DNA from: Octopus sinensis
Lineage: Eukaryota
Assembly (NCBI RefSeq): GCF_006345805.1
Contig: NC_043009.1
Coordinates: 62,744,001-62,808,000 of the forward strand
DNA: 64,000 nucleotides
Direction: 5' to 3'
Within the stretch, counting starts at the first letter, position 1. Each line of letters starts with the position of its first letter. Below are positions 1 to 10,600 of the stretch, in pieces. The notes below the pieces were generated by a model, which saw only the letters and a list, made by a program, of their open reading frames with translations, was not told the origin of the DNA and made no database searches. The position numbers and the translations under genes are program-made.

Positions 1-1344
1 GGTAAATAGAGGATGGTAGTGAGATTTTAATAGAAATATTTTGAAGGTTCTTTTTACTTTTCCTTACATTTTACAATATTGGATGGTTTCTAAAATGGTC
101 CCTCTATTATACACTTCGGTACAAATAAATTTAACATTAAGAAATTTCATTATGAATTTTTATGCACATCTAATGTGGCAATATTGTTTTGGTACAACAC
201 TAAACCCTGCCATTTTGTCTAGAGTCCACTGTTGACCAAACTCATCACTTCTCATTGCATTATATTTATGTTTTAACACTTCTGTTAGCTGTTGAGTTCC
301 TCATCCCAAACTTGAAGTGAAACAATGGGCTGTTATTAGTGTGAAATGCCTTCCACAATTTAGTTTGTAATTGTTTTAATAAATGTTATTTAAGATGTAG
401 CATAAGATTCATGATCTGAGAACTTGTTGTTTTCTATAATGTTTTATAGTCTAACCCATGCTAGCATGGAAAGCGGATGCTAAACGATGATGATGATGAT
501 AGTGAGGGAAATAAACTTTATCCTTGCTGGTTTCATTGAGCAAATGTTTTTACATTTTAATTTACCTATACCTTTAATATCCATGTGGTTGTTTCTATTT
601 TAATAGAAAATATAGTTTTTCTTAGTTTTATTTAATGATCAGTAAGTCTTATCCAAGTGATTTCTTAAGAAAATGTTTTGCTCATACCAATATACCTTAT
701 TTTATGAAAAACTTTTGGCTAATAGTATTGCCTGCAATTAACTGAGACTTGTGCTGGCGTTCTGATTATCAGTAGACTTCACTGTTGATAGTTTGGTAGT
801 TATAAACTATGTCTTATCTCTAAGTATATTGAAATTTTTTCACGGTTCCCCTTATCTCTTTCAGAAATATTTTGAAATGTTGAATTTTATTCTTCTTTCA
901 CCAATTCTCCTGAACACTTTTCCAAGAAACAATACTTTGATTCTATTTCTTCAGCAGGTTTTTTTCCTGCTCCTTTTTCCTGATATTCCTGTGGTTTAGA
1001 ATCTATTTCTTTCTTTATTCCTAGAATATCTGTGGTTCTACTTGGACTAATTGGTTCATGGTTTTACAAAAATAAATTAATATTTAAAAAAAAAATAGTT
1101 TGAGACCCCTTATTAGTGATGAGTAATATGCATATTTTCTCTTCTGGAATAATTTTTTGGTTAAACAATCCATTTGCTTCTATTGTTACGTATAATTTCT
1201 TTAGTATTAACGTTTTCTTCTTCATATTTCTTCCCTTTCTCACCTACTAACTATTTTAGTTCTTCTATTTCTTCACTTCTTTTGGTCTTTTTCACTGTTT
1301 GGAACTTCTAATCCTAATATATTGTTTCCTTTTTACTTTTTTAG

Positions 1345-1379
1345 AGTACGAGTAAAGATCGGAAAGGCACCTCTAGGAG
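1345..1379 (+). CDS. ATRX: ATRX putative 35-nt exon ([11 protein letters not shown])
   Basis: Polypyrimidine tract + TTAG acceptor, GAG|GTAATT donor; ends in phase 2, matching the exon at 3120. Confidence 0.55.
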
Positions 1380-4300
1380 GTAATTTGATTTCCTCATTCT
1401 TGCTCCCTTCTCTAAATGTCTAATTCCCAGTTCTCACAATCCCATCCTTTGCTTTGTCATTCACGACCTAAGTGTACCTTATCTCGTGAAGCATTTCTTC
1501 CAGTTTACCTCTGAAACCCCTAATCTCTCATTGTTATTATTGTTCAGGCAAAAAACTTATCCAAATTCTATTAACGATTGTTATCAACAATTAACAAGAA
1601 TAGTATATTTTTATAATAAATTATCTAGTCTATGAGTTATATCTACATATTTGACATCACATATCCTAAGTTGCTTGTATAGCTACATCAAAATAATATG
1701 CCGAGAGTATCTTTTTATATTCTCTCTCTACCACAATGTTATTATAGGGTTGAAAATTAAGACAATTAGATTTTTAAAAAAAAGAAAAAAGCTATTACTC
1801 GCTCATATCAGTTAATAACATAAAAACTATTTTTTTTATCTGCTATCTCATTTTTTAAAATTATGTTTTCTTGAATAATGGCAGTAGAAGAAGTTTCTTG
1901 AACAATGGTAGTAGAAGATGAATATCATACTGTTTGCTCTTTAAACAAGAGCTTCCCTTTGATTGTTGGTTTTTGAAATCTTAATGTTAAATTCCAAGTT
2001 CTTCTCTTTTGAAACTCATACATAAAATCTGATTGCCATTGTAAAATCAAGAACTTGCTCTATGTATGTTTGAGAACATAAATTGAATAAACTGAAAGTG
2101 AACATCAATTATTCCTTTTTGTAGCTTAAATATCACAGATTAAATACATGTAGTTATGGTAAAGTATCTGTATGAACTTGTATATAAATATTGTTAGACT
2201 AAATGTATCTGTATTTTATGCACAAGTACTGGTCTGCAGTAAGCTTATTTTATTAGAAGTTGTGTATATAATTTCTTTTATGCTTAGCATGTAAATATGC
2301 TATTTAGATTGATGACTTGCTGAGACACAAATAATACAGCATGTACACTATAAATGTAAATTTATCATCATCATCATCATCGTTTAACGTCCGTTTTCCA
2401 TGCTAGCATGGGTTGGACGGTTCGACCAGGGTCTGGGAAGCCAGGAGGCTGCACCAGGCTCCAGTCTGATCTGGCAGTGTTTCTACAGCTGGATGCCCTT
2501 CCTAACGCCAACCACTTCGTGAGTGTAGTGGGTGCTTTTTACGTGACACTGGCACAGGGTGCCAGACGGAGCTGGCAAATGACCACGATTGGTTGGTGCT
2601 TTTACGTGTCACCGACACAGACGCCAGTCAGGCGGCACTGGCAACTGCCACGTTCGGATGGTGCTTTTAACGTGTCACCGGCACGAGTATCTTAACAACA
2701 ATTTCCATTTGATTTTCATTTTGATGTTGGTGTTAACGTACTTGACTCAATAGGTCTCCGTAAATTTATTTACCAACATCAAACTGTTAAATTTTGTGTG
2801 ATGAAAATGAATGTTGAGAGAGACTTTTAAACAAAGTAGTCGGAAGAAATTATAAGAACTTCCTAAAGATGGAGAAGGTTGGAGAGAAGCCATGTTACAT
2901 CCAATTTCTGTCAGCTTGATGGATACGTGTTGGTGATCACTTGAGACAATATGTCCATTTTCTATTTTACAATTTGAAATTAATATCAACGTAATTAAGA
3001 CCAAGGCAGCTGTTTAATACACTCTTAGCTAGAATTTACATGTATATAGTTGCATGTTGTATTTATTTCTTCTTCATGAACAACTTTGTATATAAAGGCA
3101 CAATATTGTTTATTTCCAGTAATTGTTCTTCTCTGGATAAGAAACCACTGGCTAATCGAAAGTCACAGGCATCATCGTCTGCAGAAGAATCTGGAGGAGA
3201 TTCCAGTGCAGAATTAGATGCTGCAGGGAGTACAAAAGATTCAGAAGCTTCCAGGGAGCCAGAGTTGAATCCGGAAGATAGTGATGACGAACGTTGTCGT
3301 TCACATTCACCTGAAGGTAAACTTACTTACTATGCCACTAAATTACACATTACCCTTTGTTCTTCCAATGCTGATTACCTGTATATCTTATACAGGTAAT
3401 CTTATACAAATGTTAATATATTTCACTTGTTTCACTCACTTCTGTCTGAGTTCTAGAAGATGCATTACTTTTCTTCTTCATAATATTTTTTTGGCTTTGT
3501 TGAAGGTTCGCTCGGAAAATCCAATCCACTTGATGCAATCAAAAACTCAGAAATACCTTCTAAACGCCGAAGTAGTCTGAAATCATCTTGTAAGTACTGT
3601 TATTCTTAGACAAAAGTTTGTTACAGTAAAAACGAGGATTTAGTCTCAAGTCCCTTTTCTCTCTCTCTGCATATAATGTGTCTCACAATATCGACCAGAC
3701 TGTTGGATGTTCTAGTTTTAGCTTTTGAACGATGACATCCTGCTGGCTAGGTGAGCTGGCCAGTAGTCTCCCTGACCGGAGGGGTAACCTTTTTACAGCT
3801 GAGTGGACTGAAGCAACAGGAAATGAAGTGTTTTACACAAGTACACACCATGTTGCTTGTCTGGGAATCGAACCCACGATGTAGTGATTGTGAGTGCAAT
3901 GCCCTAACCACTAGGCCATGCACTTTACACACACAGAATAAAATTCCTGTTTGCAAATTCTTTGTCTGAGGGTTTATTCAACCAGACTGATTGAAATAAA
4001 CTGTCGGGTGAAACAGACCCCCCCCCACCCACCATTTAACCTGGATTTTACAACAGATTTTCTATTCTCAGTATTGAGCTCTCCAATCTGTAAATATTTG
4101 GTTGTTATTCTTAAATTTGGTGTAAAATAAGAACTTCAATCTAATGCACACACACACACACACAAACAAAAGTAGATATTGTTAGAGGACAGGTCATTCT
4201 GACTCATCAAAGAACGATAAATAAATGAAATAATAGGTAGATCCTGTTTTATCTAATATAGCGGAAAAAAAAAAAACTGGGAAGTACAAGGTAATTATCT

Positions 4301-7300
4301 TGGCAGACATTATTACATGATTAACTTTAAATGGGGTCTTCTCAGTGGGCCTTGTTTTTTTTCTCTTGTAATTGAGCCAATATTATTTCACTTAAATGAT
4401 CCACCATATGCAGGATTCTTTACCTCTTCAGGGTGGGAAGCAAACCTAATTATTAAAACCCACTTGCATATGTATTTTCATGTTTAATGAAAGATTCTTC
4501 ACACAGTATTACAGTATTTAGGACAAGGAAACAACACAAACAAACATGATGCTAAATGTTTCAGCTTATTAAGCTGCTCCCTAATTGACGCTTTATTCGT
4601 CATCATCATATATCTGTTTTCCATACAATGTGTACTGGGTGCTTTTTAGAATACACCATCACCATCATGGTCACCAAATATACTACCAATATATTTCTAA
4701 TTTAAACTGAAACGAGCTCTACATTCTGTAATCTTTGAATAAAAGTGATTTCTGTAAAAAAAAAACATTATATTACATATCCCCATTTGTGTTTTAACAT
4801 AATTTCTCCATGCTAGAATGGGTTGGGTGGGTCTACTTAATTCATTATATTTTAACTGAATTCAGTATCCTGTGTTTTCTGGCATACAAGTTGACAGTAT
4901 ACAGTGTAAAAATATCCTATAAACATTCAAACATCGTCATTATCTTTCCAAATCCTGCCGCATTTCACATGGAATGTTTGATCCTCAAAAATCGTCTTGG
5001 GGTATCAGCTGACCTTTTTTTGGGTGGGGGGCTGTAAATTTTTGTCAGTAAAATTTGACTTGTATGCCGGAAAGTATGGTATACAGTTGCATCTGTTGTA
5101 TGGTATGCAGGGTTGCATCTGTTGTATGGTATGCAGGGTTGCATCTGTTGTATGGTATGCAGGGTTGCATCTGTTGCATGGTATGCAGAGTTGCATCTGT
5201 TGTATTTACTCTTTAATTGATTAATTTGATATTTTAGTTGTAGGAAAATCAATTGGCACGATTGTAACATGTACAGCTTGTGGCAAACAGTTAAACCCTT
5301 CCAAAAAGGGAGCTGTGAAAAGACATCCCAAATTAAAAGTGCTGATTTGTAAGGTATGTCATTTATCTTCTCTGGATAATCTTCATTCTTTTTATGTTCA
5401 GATTTGTCCGTATTGGTAATAAGTTAGCTCTCTGACAGCATCTCGTCAGAAAAACCAGCTGTGTTATAGTGTGTGTGTGTGTGTGGTTTCTTTTGTTTTC
5501 CTGCATGGTTTCGCAACTGAATGTCCTTCCAATCATCATTCACTTCACTGCATTGACAGGCTGTATTTTATTATGCTATTTAAAAAGATTTTTGCATTTT
5601 GTAAATCACAATATCTTTATTAAAAAAAGCTGAAACATTTTACTGCAATCATCTTTCTTATCCCCATTCTGTTTATTTTATAATAAAACCATAAATTTTA
5701 ATTGCAGCAGTTTTAAATATGTGGTGATGAAATGAGAGCTTAGAAATTCCTTATTTTAATTTCAGTATTGAAATATATTACGATATCACAAAGCTTATAT
5801 ATTCTCTTATATATTGTTGCAGTTTTTTGTTTTTTTTTGTTATCACTGTATCACTCACTGCACCAGCCAGACTTTCAGGTGTTGTTATACATTGTTGGTC
5901 ATGATGCCACCCTGCTGCCTTGGCAACAGGGTGTCATCATGACATTCCCACTAAGCAGGATGCTGCCAGTCTGTTGCAGGGTTACTCAGATGCAACGGAG
6001 TGGACTGGAGCAATGTGAAAATGAAGTGTTTTGCTCAAGAATACACTTCCTGGTTTGGGCGTTGAAATCACAGCTGTGCAATCATTCATGCAACACCCTG
6101 GCCATGACCATCACATTTTTTTCTTATACATCTCGAAAACTATTTAGGAAATCAGCTGGTAGGCAGTTCAACATTTTTTTAGTTCAGTTTTTGCAATTGA
6201 AGCTAGAACTTTTGGTTCATTTAATAGATCTAACAAAGATTAGTATGGTGCAAGTCTGGTTATTCAAAGAATTCTTGAATCTCTTACACTGTTCAATAAG
6301 AAAGACGATTGAAGATGATGGAAACTCAACTCTGTAGTAATTATCGTCCTCATCCCTTGAGAGTCAATTGCTCTCAGCAGGTTGAATACCATCGATCTCC
6401 AGCTGGACCTTTTCTCTGCCATTCTTATACATTCACCACATGATAGTTTAGTCTAGTCCTTAATCATCATCATCATCATCATTTAGCATCCGCTTTCCAT
6501 GCTAGCATGGGTTGGACGGTTCAACTGGGGTCTGTGAAGCCAGAAGGCTGCATCAGGCCCAGTCTGATCTGGCAGTGTTTCTACGGCTGGATGCCCTTCC
6601 TAATGCCAACCACTCTGTGAGTGTAGTGGGTGCTTTTTACGTGCCACCCGCACAGGTGCCAGATGAAGCTGGCAAACAGCCAGGGACGGATGCACGGGGG
6701 CCAGGCGAGGCTGGCAACGGCCACGATCGGATGGTGCTTTTTACGTTTTAGGTTTTCCTCTTGAGAGTTTGTCGTTATTCTTTCCTTCCAGCAATAGTCT
6801 ACGTATACCTTGTGCTGCAACTATGTGACCTAAGTACTTTAACTTCTCGTTTTTGATAATTGAAAATAACGATCTTTTTGGTATTTGCTAGTTGTAGCAC
6901 TTCTTCATTAGTTTTATGTTTTATCTAGATATTCCCAACATTCTTCTTATATGCCCACATTTCAAAAAGCTTCTGGTTTGCCATATAGACATATTAGTTC
7001 TTTGTACATTGCCACTGTTAATTATTAAATTGTAATGATGTTACCTTATGTTTTCTCTCCAACAGAAGTGTTATAAATATTATTCAAGTGGTGAAATTTC
7101 TCGGGACGCTGATGGTCTAGATGAACAGTGCCGATGGTGTGGTGAAGGTGGTCGCTTACTAGGCTGTGATTTCTGTCACAATGCATTTTGCAAAGGCTGC
7201 ATCCTAAGGAATTTAGGGCGGTCAGAGTTATTCATTATAACAGATGGGGGTAAGATTTTTGATCATTTTGCTTATTATACTCAAATACCTTTTACTCTTT

Positions 7301-7566
7301 GTAGTTGCATTGAGGGGGAAACATTTTATATCAAAGGTTGAACTTAATTCTTGCGGCAATACAATTAGCATGGATCTGATTTCTATCTTTTATTTGTTTC
7401 AGTTGTAGGCCTTTGAAGGGTTTTGTTGAAACAAAATTGAACCCTGTACTTATTTTTGTAATCTGGTACTTATTCTGTTGGTCTAATTTGCCAAATCAAT
7501 AAGATATTGGGACATAAACAAACTGACATCAGTTTTCAAGTGGTGGTGGGGTACAAACACACACAG

Positions 7567-7634
<68 letters not shown>

Positions 7635-10600
7635 GGGCTTCTATCTGTTTTCTGCCTACCAGATATACTTACAAGGCGTTGGTTGGCTTGGCCCAGAGCT
7701 ATAGTAAAAGACATGCTCCAAGGTGCCATAGAATCGTGGTTGCAAAGAATGCTTCTTAGCCACACAGCCGTCCCTCTGCCTATCTTTGTTTAACCTTTCA
7801 GCATTCAGATTACTCGATCAACTCTAATATTTATTTGTGCACATTGTTTTGATTTAAGTGTGCATTATCTTGTAACTTTGACATTTCGCTGATATGAATC
7901 TTTATTTTGTAAATGACACGGTAGGGGTAGGTTTGAGGGGCCATATCTGGTTGGTTTGAATATAAAGCAAATTGAATATTTGGGTCACATGCGGTCAGCT
8001 TAAATGCTAAAGGGGTAATATCTTTGCAGTAGACCATTAATTTGCATTTTCTTTCTTTTTTCGTTGCAGGTTCTGAAAAGTGGAAATGTTATGTTTGTGA
8101 TCCTCCCAAAATAAAAGCACTAGTTGTACAGTGTAATGAGGTTTATGAATTATTGGAGGAAGAACGCAAGCGAGATAACCTAATGCAGATCAAACAAGTC
8201 AAAGCTGAAGAGAAGCAGGCATCTTCCAGTAAAAAAATTGCTGCTACGTCTGTTATTCCAATTTGTGATGAAAGGATGAACATCACTGCAAAAACCCTTG
8301 ACACTGTTATTGAAAAGCTACTGGTGGCCACAACTTCTATGACTTTGATGCTAAACACATTAAAATGTGATCTGAAAGAAGCTGAAAATGTCTCAGACCC
8401 TACTGCTGCTGCTGCTGCCGCCGCCACCGGTGATAAGCAAACTGAAAGAGACCAGGGTGTGGTGAAATTAAAGAAAGGTCTTGTGAAATATTTCCTGGCT
8501 CTAAAAGAGACTCTGTTTGCCTCTGAGGTGAAGGAGGAGAAAGTGGAGAAGAAATCCAATACTTCACTGGGGTCAGATAAAAAATCAGGGACGAAGAATC
8601 TGAGTGGCAAAGAAAGAGGAAAGGTCGAGAAGAAACAGTCTAAAAGTAAAACTTATTCCAGCGATGAAGATTTCAAGACTTCGAAAAGAGAAAATGAAAC
8701 TGAGAAACACAAAGATTTTTCATCTCAAAGTAAAGGGAAAAATGCTTCTAAAGTAAATAATATTTCCAACTCAGTTATCTCTGTCTCAAATGATGAAGAT
8801 GACGACGACGATGATGATGATGATATCGAATATCTTGGTGAGAGTAAGTTGAGCAATGTGTCTGATAATGACAAAGACAGCAGGGAAAAATCTGTTAAAA
8901 GAGAAAAATCCGAAGACCAGAATTCAGAAAAAGATTGGAATCTTTTGAAACAAGAAAATAAGGTCTCGCCTCAAAAGAATTCCAATAATCTTGCCGAGAA
9001 GTCCTTGGAAGATCAAGATTTATCTGATGATGGCATGAAAGCAATGGAGGAGGATGAAGAAGAGAAGGTGAAGAAGAAGGACAGTAGAGAAGAAAGAACT
9101 CCCAAGAAAAGAGAGAAGAATGAGGAGCGGGGTGGAAGAAAGAAAGAAAAAGAATCGGAAAGATTGTCAAAGAAAAAATCTAACGATAAATCAGAAAGAT
9201 GTGTTAGAAAGAGGGATGAGGAGAAAGTTTCATTGAAGGACAAGGCTAATGAAAAATCACCAAAGAAATCTGAGAAAAATGAAGTGAAATTTTCCAAATC
9301 AAACAATAAAGTGGATGGGGTGAAAAAAGAGGAAGATGATGATAGTGATTTGTCTGTTGATGATATTCCATTGATTAAGCGCTCCCAGAAAACAGAGAAG
9401 AAAAGTACAGATGTGAAAGTGGAACGCAAGAAGAAATCAGGTAAAGATGTTAAAAGTGATGCAGAGAAGAAATCAAGTGTCAGTATTAAAAGTGAGAGAA
9501 CTGCAGGTAAAATGGACATTGACAGTGACGACATTGCCGAACCTGTCAGTAACCATTCTGACAGTTTCCTCAGCACCAAACAGATACCTGATCCCGAGAA
9601 TGCTGCTGCACAACTGTCTCTTTTGATGGAAATGGCAAATGAGATATCAAAGAATCAGGGCAACGACTCTGATGACAATAACAACAACAACAACAATAAC
9701 AACGACGGTTACGATCATGATGAAGAGGATAATGGATTTACTTATAGCAATGAAGAAGATGATAACGATGAGGATAGTTCTACTGCTGCTCAAAAAGTAG
9801 ATTCTGAAAACATAAAATCTGCTGCAGATGGCAACCTCTCTAATTCCTTTGGAAACCAATTCCATGAGAGTGATAATGCCAGTTTTGCAAATGGTAATAG
9901 CATTGATGTTTCCAAGAAAACTGCATCAAGTAAAAATACCCCCAAAAAACAGAGTAATACCGGTGCTACAGAGTCTGATCATGAACCTTGTGAATCTGCA
10001 GGTGAGAAGAAACGCAGGCGGTCAGACAGGAGGAAATCTTCAGGTGGGAAAGACAAGAATAACGAGAAAGAGCGTAATAACGAGTCGGATGAAAACAATC
10101 CTGTGGATGACAGAAACGAGTCTGACAGTAACAGGAATCAGCCAAACGACCAGAAGAAGGACGACAGCTCTGAATCTGAGAAGGAAAAGGAGAAGACCGA
10201 CAATGATGACGACAGTGACAGCAAGTTGACCGTCAAAGCCAAGAAGCAGAAAGAAGCGAAGAAACAAAAAGAAACGAAAAAAACGAAAGATAAAAAGACT
10301 ATCAAACAAGAAAAAGATATCAAAACTGAGACGAATGATTCTAACGATGAAGACGAGAATAAGATGGGTAAAGAGAAATGTAAGGAGACTACTGACGATG
10401 ACAAGCAGTTAGCTGCTGCGAATAGTGCTTCTGACAGTGATTCATCAGATTCCAGTGATGACAGTGATCTTTATACTCGCAAGAAACGCCGAAGTAGGAA
10501 AACCAAGATCAAAAAAGGTTAGTCATTGCTGCTACATGGTCATCTTGCAGTTTTTTTTATTACTAACACTATTGCAGACAAACTTTCTATTTTTACTGTT

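Noticed and set aside
1-10. Possible ATRX donor site (G|GTAAAT) at the window edge
   Set aside because: The upstream exon lies outside the window, so it cannot be evaluated.
2530-2692. Repeat-spacer-like pattern (GGTGCTTTT...GGCAC units)
   Set aside because: Not CRISPR: eukaryotic context, the spacers are related to each other, there are no cas genes, and they are LINE 3'UTR subrepeats.
2408-2695. Recurrent 70-125 aa ORFs starting MGWTV..., MLGGQTQT..., MSSNARG...
   Set aside because: They recur because they lie in repeat families A and B; no domain, and frames differ between copies.
5768-6337. 189-aa plus-strand ORF
   Set aside because: Intronic, spans a degenerate SINE, has AT-rich F/L/I composition and no splice-phase fit.
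8143-10404. Long minus-strand ORFs (8143-8610, 9013-9579, 10040-10309, 10138-10404)
   Set aside because: F/S/L-rich antisense shadows of the purine-rich ATRX exon; no independent evidence of coding.
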